DNA from: Candidatus Woesearchaeota archaeon
GTDB taxonomy: Archaea > Nanobdellota > Nanobdellia > Woesearchaeales > GW2011-AR9
NCBI GenBank assembly: GCA_945861715.1
Contig: CAMAVK010000001.1
Coordinates: forward strand, 458,908-522,907
Length of the DNA stretch: 64,000 nucleotides
Direction of reading: 5' to 3'
Part shown: positions 54,730 through 64,000 of the stretch, in pieces
Layout of the letters: every line of letters starts with the position of its first letter
Position numbering within the stretch: the stretch's first letter is position 1
Notes under the pieces: model-generated
Databases searched by the model: none
What the model was told of the DNA's origin: nothing
What the model saw: only the letters and a program-made list of their open reading frames with translations
Translations under genes and position numbers: made by a program

Positions 54730-55131
54730 GTGATACCAATGTTTGAATTCCTCAAAAAATCTAAGGCCACACTTACCTTAAGCGCTGAGTCCGCTGTAAA
54801 AAACCAATCCTTTCCAGCACAAGAGTTCATTCTCAAAGAAGAGAAAATTGAAATTGGAAAAAATAAATCTCCTTTCAGCGAAAAATTCATCTCTAAAATC
54901 GGCTCAAAAATTACCATCGCAAGTAATGACCTAACAAAAAAAATAAGCATAAATCACAGTCTTCTCACCTGGGATATGAACACCAGTACCTACACCTATC
55001 AAGAACAATCTGAAAAAGGATCATTAGTCAATGGCGAACCACTTGAGAAAGGAGAAGAAACGGTTTTAGAAGATGGAAGTGAAATATTAATTCACCCCTT
55101 CAAATTCACTCTGAAGTATACTCCAAAGTAA
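54730..55131 (+). CDS. FHA-domain protein
   Basis: IEIGKNKS...ISINHSLLTWD...KGSLVNGEPLEKGEETVLEDGSEILI follows the FHA pattern G(R/K)...S..H..l...(S/T)xNGT.vNg..l...l.dGD.i. Confidence 0.5.
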   Translation: MIPMFEFLKKSKATLTLSAESAVKNQSFPAQEFILKEEKIEIGKNKSPFSEKFISKIGSKITIASNDLTKKISINHSLLTWDMNTSTYTYQEQSEKGSLVNGEPLEKGEETVLEDGSEILIHPFKFTLKYTPK

Positions 55132-55214
55132 TCACCCATTACCAATCACCTCAGCTGCTGTGCGGTCTGGTTTCATTGGTTTTCATTCCATAATCTCGCT
55201 TTTCCTACCTACCC

Positions 55215-55685
55215 ATGAAACGACTCCAACTAAGATCAAAAGAAGTACAAGACCAGGTGGAACAGTATAATATTATCATCACCAAAAAAGATAACGTAGA
55301 ACTTCTTGAAGACGAGCAACTTAAACTCATCCTTCTCAACAAAGAAATTAGTTTCTTCTATCACCAAGAAAAAATAATCCCCAGTTTACAATTCATCGTA
55401 AAACATCCAGAGATTTCAACACTGAAAAAAATAACCGTGGATATGGGTGCAATAAAACATGTGGTAAGCGGAGCTGATATCATGCGACCTGGTATCACCC
55501 ACATCGAAGAAGGAATCCACGCCCAAGATCCTGTCCTCATAATCGACCAAACACACAACAAACCAATCGCAGTTGGTCTTGCATTATTCGACTCCCAAAC
55601 TATGCAAAATCTCGACAAAGGCAAAGTTATTGAAAACATCCATTATATTGGGGATAAAATTTGGGCATTCAAAATTGTAAAATAA
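55215..55685 (+). CDS. PUA-domain RNA-binding protein (archaeal small PUA protein)
   Basis: C-terminal PUA block ITVDMGAIKHVVSGADIMRPGITHIEEGIHAQDPVLIIDQTHNKPIAVGLALFDSQTM. Confidence 0.5.
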   Translation: MKRLQLRSKEVQDQVEQYNIIITKKDNVELLEDEQLKLILLNKEISFFYHQEKIIPSLQFIVKHPEISTLKKITVDMGAIKHVVSGADIMRPGITHIEEGIHAQDPVLIIDQTHNKPIAVGLALFDSQTMQNLDKGKVIENIHYIGDKIWAFKIVK

Positions 55686-55723
55686 CCATCTAGCCACAAC
55701 AAAAATAATTCTGAATAAATCAA

Positions 55724-56050
55724 ATGATATTCAACAAAACCAAAAATATCTGCATCAGTAAAGACGAAATCAACGCCATCAGCTTGGTAAAACAAGCTCG
55801 TGGCCTCATGTTTAAAACAAAACAGAACTGCCTCATGACCTTCAAAGAGCCACAACCCATCTCACTTCACAATTTTTTCGTATTCTATTCCTTAGACATC
55901 CTTATTCTAAACAACCAGCTAAAAATAATCGAAATAAAACGAAACTTCAAACCTTTCACATTTTGGAAATCGACAGCAAAAGGAAAATATTGCCTGGAGC
56001 TTGCACACCAAAGCGAATATGATACTGGTGACGAACTCGTATTCACGTAA
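55724..56050 (+). CDS. DUF192 (COG1430)-like small protein
   Basis: ARGLMFK...HNFFVFYSLDILILNNQLKIIEI resembles the DUF192 core (GLMFR...FWMKNT.IPLDIIF). Confidence 0.35.
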   Translation: MIFNKTKNICISKDEINAISLVKQARGLMFKTKQNCLMTFKEPQPISLHNFFVFYSLDILILNNQLKIIEIKRNFKPFTFWKSTAKGKYCLELAHQSEYDTGDELVFT

Positions 56051-56102
56051 AGATTCTCACAAAATCCAAACCTTTTTATAATCAAGAACCATTAAAATAA
56101 CC

Positions 56103-56900
56103 ATGTCTACAGCCTGGGAAGTCACACTGCAACAAAAGCAACTACCAAAACTACATAATCCTCTATTAGTGGAAGGATTACCTGGAATTGGCAACGTAGG
56201 AAAGATAACCTCTGATTTTTTGGTAGAACATTTCAAGGCCAAAAAACTATACTCCTTTTATTCTCATAAATTTCCTCACAGTGTATTCGTAAGTCCGATT
56301 GGAATTATCGAGGCACCCAAACTCGATTTGTATTTCAAAGCAGGAAACGGAAAACATCGAGATCTTCTCATTTTGATTGGAGATATTCAGCCAATAGACG
56401 AAGAGAGTTGTTATTCTTTCTGTGAAGAAGTTATCCGTGTCTGTAAACGTCTTGATTGCAAAGAAATAGTAACAACTGGTGGCATTGGTTTAGAGCACGT
56501 CCAAGATCCACCCCAGGTATTCATAGCCGCAACGAGTGAAAAAGTAATCACACAATTCACCAAGCCAAAATTGGGGGTCCAACGCGATATTTTCGGAATT
56601 GTTGGGCCAATTGTTGGCGTCTCAGGAATCCTTCTCGCAGTAGGCGGCAGACGAGAAATGGACGGTGCGTGCTTACTTGCCGAGACCTACGCGCATCCAT
56701 TATATTTGGGAATCAAAGGTGCAAAACAAATCCTTTCCGTAATCGATAAAAAATATCTTCTCCAATTAAATCTCAAAAAACTCAACAAAGATATTGGTGA
56801 CATGGAAGAAGATCTCCTAAAAAAGACGCACGAGTGGTCAGAAAATGTTCTTTCATCCAAAAAAGGCAAACCTCACAAAGATCAAAATTATATTGGGTAA
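56103..56900 (+). CDS. PAC2-family proteasome-assembly-chaperone-like protein
   Basis: LLVEGLPGIGNVGKITSDFLVEHF matches the PAC2 N-terminal signature (l.EGfPGiGlVG.ia..yli). Length ~265 aa. Confidence 0.55.
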   Translation: MSTAWEVTLQQKQLPKLHNPLLVEGLPGIGNVGKITSDFLVEHFKAKKLYSFYSHKFPHSVFVSPIGIIEAPKLDLYFKAGNGKHRDLLILIGDIQPIDEESCYSFCEEVIRVCKRLDCKEIVTTGGIGLEHVQDPPQVFIAATSEKVITQFTKPKLGVQRDIFGIVGPIVGVSGILLAVGGRREMDGACLLAETYAHPLYLGIKGAKQILSVIDKKYLLQLNLKKLNKDIGDMEEDLLKKTHEWSENVLSSKKGKPHKDQNYIG

Positions 56901-57033
56901 TTATATTCCTCATCATTTTATCCACCAATGAACCCTTACTAATCATCATTGAATAATCAATCAGCATCATTCGATAATCTAAATCCATAAATAGATTCAT
57001 ATCCCTCCTACCCCCATTAAGGTAAATCCCACT

Positions 57034-57186
57034 ATGACCCTATCCTACTCTCAAATCGTGCACGCAGTCGGTCTGCCTTTTCTATTTTTACTAACTCTCG
57101 TAATTATCTTATTCACTTTCCTCATATTACTATATTTTGGCAAATCAAAGCGACACATTCGAAGATCAAGCCCGGTAAACAACTGA
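57034..57186 (+). CDS. Possible 50-aa single-TM micro-protein. Not in the ORF track because it is under 60 aa.
   Basis: ATG...TGA ORF MTLSYSQIVHAVGLPFLFLLTLVIILFTFLILLYFGKSKRHIRRSSPVNN upstream of the 57319 gene. Hydrophobic core plus a basic tail. Confidence 0.2.
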   Translation: MTLSYSQIVHAVGLPFLFLLTLVIILFTFLILLYFGKSKRHIRRSSPVNN

Positions 57187-57318
57187 GTTAAATGCACTTT
57201 TTTCCCATTCACTGCATCCACACTTATCTTCAAGCAAGTAAAAAATACTCCTTAAAGACGCTATTTCTCCCGCACAAAATAAGCAATATTTATAAACCAA
57301 ATCGACCTGCTTCAACGG

Positions 57319-59355
57319 ATGTTCCAAAAGAGGTCAGATGTAGAGGTACGTATAGCACCACCATATCTAAATTCACCTCGCAAACACCCACATTCAAGAA
57401 GACACCTCAGAAGCCACAAAGGTCAAATCACTATCTACATCATTTTAGGAATAATTATTCTATTGGCCTTAAGTCTCTTCATGGTGTTTCAATATTCTAT
57501 CACCACAAGTAAACCCGATGCTGTACTACCAGGGGGACAAGGAAAAGTGAGCAACTACCTCACCAGTTGCATTGAACAAGTTGCCAGTCAAGCCCTCTCA
57601 CATATGGGGCAACAAGCAGGCTACGTCACCGTACCAAAAGAAGTCGAACTTGACGGTGCAAAACATCTACGCACCTCACCAGTAACAGTCGCACCATTTT
57701 GGGCCTACGGAACAACCACCACAATTCCAACCCAAGATCAACTCAAAAGTCGCCTCGATACCTATATCCAAACGAACCTTCGCGATTGCGTCATGAACTC
57801 CCAAGGACTGAGAGATTCCTACAACATACTCGAAAAAAGTGAAGTTTCTTCAGACGCTAAAATCCACCCAAAAGGAATTACCTTCAGTGTAAAATGGTCA
57901 ATTGAAATACAAGACAAAGCAGGCGAAGTTATCACCCAAATAGATGATCATATCTACGAATCAAACGTCAAACTTCAAGACCTTCGGGATCTAGGAGAAA
58001 AAATAATCCTTGCCGAACTAAGTGAAATGAAACTTGAAGACTTAACTCAAGACATGATCGCTCTTGAACATCCACAACTTCCTGTTTCAGGAATCGAGTT
58101 TGCGTGCTCAAAAAAGAAATGGAAGTTTGATGAAGCAAAAGACACCTTGCAAAACATGCTTCGAGTAAACCTCGCGCAACTACAAATCAAAGGAACCAAT
58201 CCTTCAACGCCTCACACTGCAGATCTTCCTTATTATCAAAATCACTACGAATGGAACATCGGAGAATTATCGTATTCCAAAATCACTCCACAATTCCACT
58301 ATGATGCAAACTATCCATTCTCATTTGATGTGTCCCCGCGTGGCGGAAATTATTTACAAAGTGAAAACCTCATCCCCAAATCAAAATACATTTCATTATT
58401 ATGCCTTCAAACCTGGAAATTCGCATACGATGTAACCTATCCTATCATGCTTACATTAACAGACGACACCACTGGCTATCAACTTAAAATCCCCTTCACA
58501 GTTGAAATGGAAAACAATTACGCCAACCGTCATCAAACAATAAAACCAAATTCACCAATTCTCCTGAGTACTCAAACGAGTGATGACTACTGTAAAACCG
58601 CAAAAACACCTATGCTCGTAAAGACCCAAGAAATTGTGGATAACCCCTATACCGGCGTGCACACAACTCAACCACTAGACAACGCAAAGATCACCTTTGT
58701 ATGTCTCAAATATGATTGTACTATCGGACAAACCGAATATAACTACGGCGGCATGGGTGACGTCGCTGCAATCAACACTAACTTCCCTGCGTGTGTTGGT
58801 GGATACGTGCGATCTGAAAAACCATATTATACCATGGCTCAAGAACGTGTCATCATCAACTCAAATCCAAATCAAGAAGTAACCCTCAACTCTATTCCTC
58901 TCTATCCTGTAAGTTTAAACAAAATCACCATTAAAACTCACACCAATAGTGAGGATGGAATCGGTCCTGCTCAAGACTTAAAAGACAATCAAGTAGCCCT
59001 CATCAAAATCACTTTTGATCGCGGAAACGAGACATACAACCCACTCCACTTACCAAATCAAGAGTCATCACTTGTCGTATCTCCCTTACTCGACGAAAAA
59101 ACAAAATCATCGCAAACACTCGACCTCCTCGCTATGGCCGAGTTTACCTACGATGTGGATATCCAAGTGTACGAAGATGAAAACCTCATCTCTTCCTATC
59201 GTGGAAACTGGACAGTTCCGTGGGAAGACCTTGAGTACAGCTCACATATTACCTTCCATACGATTCAAGCACCAACCGAAGACGAAAAATTATACAACTA
59301 CATCGAAGATTTAGGAACCATCAGTAAAACAGTTCCCCTCCCTGAAATTCAATAA
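57319..59355 (+). CDS. Membrane-anchored large extracellular protein (678 aa)
   Basis: Basic N-terminus, then the TM helix ITIYIILGIIILLALSLFMVF. Long beta-rich ectodomain with scattered Cys. TAA stop. Directly upstream of the giant Cys-rich ORF on the same strand. Confidence 0.5.
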   Translation: MFQKRSDVEVRIAPPYLNSPRKHPHSRRHLRSHKGQITIYIILGIIILLALSLFMVFQYSITTSKPDAVLPGGQGKVSNYLTSCIEQVASQALSHMGQQAGYVTVPKEVELDGAKHLRTSPVTVAPFWAYGTTTTIPTQDQLKSRLDTYIQTNLRDCVMNSQGLRDSYNILEKSEVSSDAKIHPKGITFSVKWSIEIQDKAGEVITQIDDHIYESNVKLQDLRDLGEKIILAELSEMKLEDLTQDMIALEHPQLPVSGIEFACSKKKWKFDEAKDTLQNMLRVNLAQLQIKGTNPSTPHTADLPYYQNHYEWNIGELSYSKITPQFHYDANYPFSFDVSPRGGNYLQSENLIPKSKYISLLCLQTWKFAYDVTYPIMLTLTDDTTGYQLKIPFTVEMENNYANRHQTIKPNSPILLSTQTSDDYCKTAKTPMLVKTQEIVDNPYTGVHTTQPLDNAKITFVCLKYDCTIGQTEYNYGGMGDVAAINTNFPACVGGYVRSEKPYYTMAQERVIINSNPNQEVTLNSIPLYPVSLNKITIKTHTNSEDGIGPAQDLKDNQVALIKITFDRGNETYNPLHLPNQESSLVVSPLLDEKTKSSQTLDLLAMAEFTYDVDIQVYEDENLISSYRGNWTVPWEDLEYSSHITFHTIQAPTEDEKLYNYIEDLGTISKTVPLPEIQ

Positions 59356-59393
59356 ACCCCGCGTGCTCAATACCTAATCAAAAGACAATCAAC

Positions 59394-62300
59394 ATGAAAA
59401 CTGCAACACGTTCAAAACAATTAACGGTACTCGTTTTCCTCACTCTATTATTTCTAACCCCAATTGCGCACGCGCTCGAAATAAGTAATGTCCAAACAAC
59501 TGATATTACCCAAAATAGCGCATCTATAACCTACCAAACAGATGAACCTGCTAATACCATCATAAGCTACGGAACCGATGCAGCCCAACTCAAAACCATT
59601 GGTGATGCGCCAAAAGTCACAACGCACAAGCTCATACTCCCTGATTTAACCGCAAATACAAACTATATCTATAAAGTACAAAGCGAAGAAGTAACCAACG
59701 ATAACCAAGGAGCACTCTATACCTTCCAAACTCTTGCACCCGACACAACCCCTCCAACTATCACAGCTGACATCCAAGCCACCCTCACCGCAACCCAACT
59801 CTCATTTACGGGAACAACAGAAGCGCACACCCAAGTCATCCTCAAACTCAACAATAAATACGTGCAAGAAACAAATACCAAAGACACCACCACTTTCGAG
59901 TTCAACAATATTATTCTTCTCCAAGACGTACAAAATAATATCACTCTCACAGCTAAAGATGCTGCAAATAATGAAGCAAGTATAACCGCAATTGTTACTG
60001 CTGACATTGCAGCACCAAGAATTATCCTCGCTGAATTTCCTGAGTTTGTCTCAGACCACAAAGTCACCCTCAAAGGAAATCTCACCGAACCAGCAAAAAT
60101 TCAGATTGAAATTAATGATCGAAAACTCCAAGATGTAGATCTAACAAACACACCAACCACACTCAATCAATTCATTCCGTTCTCTGTTGATCTTCAATTG
60201 CAAGAAAACATGAATAACATCACCCTCACCGCAGTTGACGCAGCAAACCACTCAACCACCAAAGAAATCAAAATACTCTCAGATACCCAACCCCCCCAAG
60301 TAAGAATTGACATCAGTCGCGGTAAAGAATACTATGAAGGTCGAGCCACATCCACTATTGATGGACATACCGATCCACTTGCCACTCTCTACCTATATAT
60401 ATACACCCCGCAGCCTGCAGAATATTATCCTGACTTCAAACGCGCACGAGCAAAAACAACCGCCGATGAAAATGGAGACTTCACATTCAAAGACGTATCG
60501 TTTTCTGGACCAGGATTTAGAGATGCAACCTTAGAAGACTTCACCCCAAAAGAACTTCCAAGCGCATTAGTGCAAGAACCAATCTATCCATTCCAAACCG
60601 GAACAAATGCAGAGTCTAAACCCTATTATATCTATATTATTGCTGAGGACAAAGGAGGACACACCGGCTACGGAAAAGAAACCGTTCAGGTAAACTCCTG
60701 TTACTCTCCAAACTTTGATTTCTCAATTGAAAGCATGCCAGAATTCCAAGCACCACTCAAACTCATGCCTCAACTTCTCGATGACGGAAGGCAAGACATC
60801 CAAGCAACCTTCAAATTCACATATCTGGGTCAAGGCATGCCAAGCAATAATCCTAATGGCGGCCTGGAAGATCGTGGCATCAGAATTACTCAAATGGATA
60901 TCGAACCGGCATGTACCGATGGCATGGCTAAAGATGATAAATATAGTATCGGCTGCAAAATATTCCCTCGGTCTCAACCTAACCCAAAAATTCCAAACGT
61001 TGACAAAACCATATGGTATACTGGATGGAAATTATTACCTGCTGCTGACTTCTTAGAACGCGAAGACAGCACCTGGGACGACTTCAAAAAACGCCAAGTC
61101 ATCTTTCCAATCAAAGTAAAATTACGGTATTCCGAAAAAACCGCGGAAAACTCGTGGAGCGAAGCCAAAGAACAATACTTCTGTACTGACATTGGCTACT
61201 TCGTTGACATCCCTCTTGAATCCAAAGAATATATGCCTGACTTCCTCGCACACGACGCAGTCAACGCACTCAATTGGACAATTGACAAATTACATACCGC
61301 AACCCCCTATGTTGAACAAGCCTATTTAATTTCAGGCTACAGCTGTATGGGTTCCTTCTTACTCAAAACCACCGCTCGCTTCGGTCGAATCTTCACCACA
61401 AAATTAGAAGTAATATATGGGGTATTCAAAGGCTCAGCATCCAAAGCCGAGCGAGATGCCAAAAACATAGATGTAGCCAAGTGCCCAACTACTCAAGATG
61501 AATTATACCGTGAAGATGAATTAGAAAATTATCTGAAAATAAAACAAAACAATAATGATGCTTGGAATCAGTTCTTGGCCAGTTTTCCAAACACTGCAAA
61601 AGGTAAATCGAGAAAGGCCGCTCTCGAGTTAGCGTTACAATCCCCGCATGGTAAAGATTGGGAGATCATTTCCTTAGACAAACGATGCCCCAAAACAGCA
61701 ACCGCATGGACCATTGAATCCGCTTTAGATAAAGCGTACAAGTGGAGTTGTGATCGAGCATTCTGTCGAACCGTTCCCGCCGGATGGACATCGGATGTTG
61801 ATTTGGGAGCAATTGACAAAGTAATCCAATCCCAAAAGGAATGTGCCGTAACAGGTCGCGGCGTTCCTCTTGTCAAAAAAGAAAACTGTAAAGAATTAAT
61901 TAAGAGCAACGTCGTTGCAAGTTATGAATCAATTGGCGACTCTGGAACATGCTGGCAAACCGCTGATGGAAGCCTTTATGTTAATGATCAAACTGATGAC
62001 GCCGTTGAAAAAATAGAAAAATCAGGCAGTTTAAAAAGTACTATTCAAGATAATATTGAAGACCCAAATAGTGCAGGAGTATACTATTTGCGTTTCGTTG
62101 GAAAGCCACTAGAAGATTTTGTCGCCAAAAAGCCAAATCTCCTCGTGTACAAACCTGCAGGCTCCGACACTCCAATTGTTGGTCGTGATAAAACCTGTCA
62201 ACAAGTCTGTGGAGGAAACTCTCGGGTACAAGGATTTGGTGCTGATGTAAAAGATAGCCCTCCTCATGGATGTTGGGATGAAGTAAAAGATGATTTAGGC

Positions 62301-64000
62301 AAAACAATTTTCCAAAAACCAGGCACCACTGAAAAATTAGGCGATAAAACTGCTGGTGACGCAAACCAGCCAAAAAAATATCCTGCTGGGTACACCAGTG
62401 ATTGTTTTATCAAATCAAACACCTTTGTAGGTCCCCTGCAAGAAGGACAAACGTCTCGACCAGAAGATGTTGTAACAAATGAAAACGGCGAACCAATCCT
62501 CCAACAGTGTGTCTGTGTTGGAGCATCACCTGAACAATCCGAATATTCCGCTCGAACTGCAATCAAAGAGTATTCTAATGTGAAAGAAGAATGGTTCTAC
62601 CATCAAGAACAGGTATTTAGAGAAGACAAAAGTAGTGGAGTAGGTACATACTATCCAAAACAACGATATTATACTGGCCGCGACGTGTCAGGGGCCTTTG
62701 GAGCAGACTATCTCTTTGACTACATTCACACAACTGATGAGACTAAAACAGAACCAGTGGTAAGTCCTCATGCAAGTATTGTTGGAACCGTGCAAACGAT
62801 GTGCCTCTCCGGCATCCTCAAAAATATGAAAATGCTTGAAGCCATGTTAACCGGTATTCGAAATTGTTTAGTAGAAGCAAAATATACTGGACTCCAAGAT
62901 GCCGGCATGTGTAAAACATTATTCACGCAGCAAGTCTGTGGACTTCTCTACAAAGCCATTGCCTCAGCAACTTCAGGCTGTACACCATCAACATTTGAAG
63001 ATTTAGCAAAAGAGACAATCTTTGGTGATGTAGGCACCATCATCAAAGCAGGAACCGAAGGAATGGGTGAAGCCGTATCAACGAGCATCAATGACATTCA
63101 AGAGGATTATGGCAATGCCAAACTCAATGAATACTTCAAAGGTGGAACTCAAGGCTTCGCACAATCCATTTGCCTCGCTGCATTTGGATACGACATCCCG
63201 CTCTTCGACGATAGTTTCTTACTTGACGCAGCCTATAGCTTCCCTGTTCATTCCGCGGTCCTCGTCATGCCAGCAAATAGAGAACTCTCAAGCTACAACC
63301 CAGCCAAACAAACCGCTGTATATAATTATCAAGTTGGCGCAACGGTATTACCCGGCTGTAAAATGTCACATTGGTCGGTCAAACTCAAATGCATTGGCCC
63401 AGAAGACGCAACTGGTCAGGGAATCGATGAAAGCTGTGATGGTCAAGGTTGTGATTGTAAAAACATAGAGGGAGCATCCCCCTATGATAACCAACGAACA
63501 ATGATGCTCGCGCAAGACAACGCCGCACAATCAGGCAGTGTTCTCAATATTCCAATTGAAACACCAGTGCGCAGCGAAGGACCATTCAGATATGATCACG
63601 TTGTAGTTGAACTAACACTTGATGGCTCAGAAAAAGGAAACGAGGACGCGTGTTTCGATAAAGAATATTTGAATGGCAATAAAGCTACATATTACTATCC
63701 AATCTCCGATCATTCACCAAAAGTATTAGCCGGATGTTCCCCACACATTGCAACCGGTCGATTCACCTGTCCGCAACTTTCAAACCTTCTTGGTTTTGGC
63801 GCAGCATACATCGAAGCACCAGATGTATCCTGTTGGAATGAAAAAACACAAAGTAGAATGGATTGTAACACACCTAATCTCTACACCATCAACGATCGAA
63901 TTAAGGTAGGAGCACACCTTTACCTCGACGGAAAAACATACTGCCTCAAACGTACGATTACAGGTGTTCCAGGTATCGCGCGAGATGAACCACCAAAATT
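59394..64000 (+). CDS. Giant secreted cysteine-rich protein, more than 1535 aa, open to the end of the window (3' partial)
   Basis: ATG at 59394, signal peptide LTVLVFLTLLFLTPIAHA, and a reading frame with no stop through position 64000. It is absent from the ORF track only because no stop lies inside the window. FN3-like and Big-like N-terminal domains are followed by a >1000-aa region with dozens of Cys (CYSPNF, CTDGMAKDDKYSIGC, CDGQGCDC, CPQLSN, ...). Confidence 0.7.
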   Translation, partial: MKTATRSKQLTVLVFLTLLFLTPIAHALEISNVQTTDITQNSASITYQTDEPANTIISYGTDAAQLKTIGDAPKVTTHKLILPDLTANTNYIYKVQSEEVTNDNQGALYTFQTLAPDTTPPTITADIQATLTATQLSFTGTTEAHTQVILKLNNKYVQETNTKDTTTFEFNNIILLQDVQNNITLTAKDAANNEASITAIVTADIAAPRIILAEFPEFVSDHKVTLKGNLTEPAKIQIEINDRKLQDVDLTNTPTTLNQFIPFSVDLQLQENMNNITLTAVDAANHSTTKEIKILSDTQPPQVRIDISRGKEYYEGRATSTIDGHTDPLATLYLYIYTPQPAEYYPDFKRARAKTTADENGDFTFKDVSFSGPGFRDATLEDFTPKELPSALVQEPIYPFQTGTNAESKPYYIYIIAEDKGGHTGYGKETVQVNSCYSPNFDFSIESMPEFQAPLKLMPQLLDDGRQDIQATFKFTYLGQGMPSNNPNGGLEDRGIRITQMDIEPACTDGMAKDDKYSIGCKIFPRSQPNPKIPNVDKTIWYTGWKLLPAADFLEREDSTWDDFKKRQVIFPIKVKLRYSEKTAENSWSEAKEQYFCTDIGYFVDIPLESKEYMPDFLAHDAVNALNWTIDKLHTATPYVEQAYLISGYSCMGSFLLKTTARFGRIFTTKLEVIYGVFKGSASKAERDAKNIDVAKCPTTQDELYREDELENYLKIKQNNNDAWNQFLASFPNTAKGKSRKAALELALQSPHGKDWEIISLDKRCPKTATAWTIESALDKAYKWSCDRAFCRTVPAGWTSDVDLGAIDKVIQSQKECAVTGRGVPLVKKENCKELIKSNVVASYESIGDSGTCWQTADGSLYVNDQTDDAVEKIEKSGSLKSTIQDNIEDPNSAGVYYLRFVGKPLEDFVAKKPNLLVYKPAGSDTPIVGRDKTCQQVCGGNSRVQGFGADVKDSPPHGCWDEVKDDLGKTIFQKPGTTEKLGDKTAGDANQPKKYPAGYTSDCFIKSNTFVGPLQEGQTSRPEDVVTNENGEPILQQCVCVGASPEQSEYSARTAIKEYSNVKEEWFYHQEQVFREDKSSGVGTYYPKQRYYTGRDVSGAFGADYLFDYIHTTDETKTEPVVSPHASIVGTVQTMCLSGILKNMKMLEAMLTGIRNCLVEAKYTGLQDAGMCKTLFTQQVCGLLYKAIASATSGCTPSTFEDLAKETIFGDVGTIIKAGTEGMGEAVSTSINDIQEDYGNAKLNEYFKGGTQGFAQSICLAAFGYDIPLFDDSFLLDAAYSFPVHSAVLVMPANRELSSYNPAKQTAVYNYQVGATVLPGCKMSHWSVKLKCIGPEDATGQGIDESCDGQGCDCKNIEGASPYDNQRTMMLAQDNAAQSGSVLNIPIETPVRSEGPFRYDHVVVELTLDGSEKGNEDACFDKEYLNGNKATYYYPISDHSPKVLAGCSPHIATGRFTCPQLSNLLGFGAAYIEAPDVSCWNEKTQSRMDCNTPNLYTINDRIKVGAHLYLDGKTYCLKRTITGVPGIARDEPPK

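Noticed and set aside
1-64000. CRISPR arrays, cas genes, integrases, transposases or prophage structural genes.
   Set aside because: No regularly spaced short direct repeats and no recognisable integrase, transposase, terminase or portal motifs in any ORF. The accessory character of the window comes from surface and signalling proteins, not mobile elements.

Overview
This is an AT-rich archaeal chromosome segment, probably from a small-genome, DPANN-like lineage. Archaeal markers are TFB, aP0/aP1 ribosomal proteins, an archaeal-type signal peptidase, a PAC2 chaperone and a Taw3 wyosine enzyme. Most stops are TAA, and Shine-Dalgarno-like GGAGG motifs precede several genes.

Secure housekeeping calls: TFB, MetRS with an appended tRNA-binding domain, the rpl1-rpl10(P0)-rpl12(P1) operon, a bacterial-type MutS1, Taw3, an intron-containing tRNA-Lys(CUU), signal peptidase, a stomatin-like protein, a purine phosphoribosyltransferase (PRTase), a PAC2 chaperone and a PUA-domain protein.

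The accessory content is unusual:
1. A cluster of very large, sequon-dense (N-x-S/T) secreted, membrane-anchored surface proteins at 4.7-21 kb. It includes a 1667-aa protein co-transcribed with a small winged-helix regulator and carrying a near-perfect 603-nt tandem duplication.
2. A second cluster at the window end (57.3-64 kb) contains an open, >1500-aa cysteine-rich secreted protein that has no stop inside the window and is therefore absent from the ORF track.
3. A bacterial L-type lectin-domain surface protein and an M23 peptidase.
4. An ArmA/RmtB (FmrO)-like 16S rRNA methyltransferase homologue.
5. Abundant phospho-signalling parts: a canonical Ser/Thr kinase beside an FHA protein; an FHA-caspase (C14) fusion next to mutS; and an operon of a radical-SAM/TRAM enzyme with two tandem, highly divergent ePK-like kinase paralogues.
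6. Two genes interrupted by a single in-frame nonsense codon, one TAG and one TGA.
7. Two GC-rich islands predicted to be structured RNAs of unassigned type.
8. A small tandem-repeat basic protein with a histone-H1-like AKK tail.

Coordinates follow the supplied ORF track, which includes the stop codon. Functional calls rest on motifs read directly from the translations. No database search was possible.
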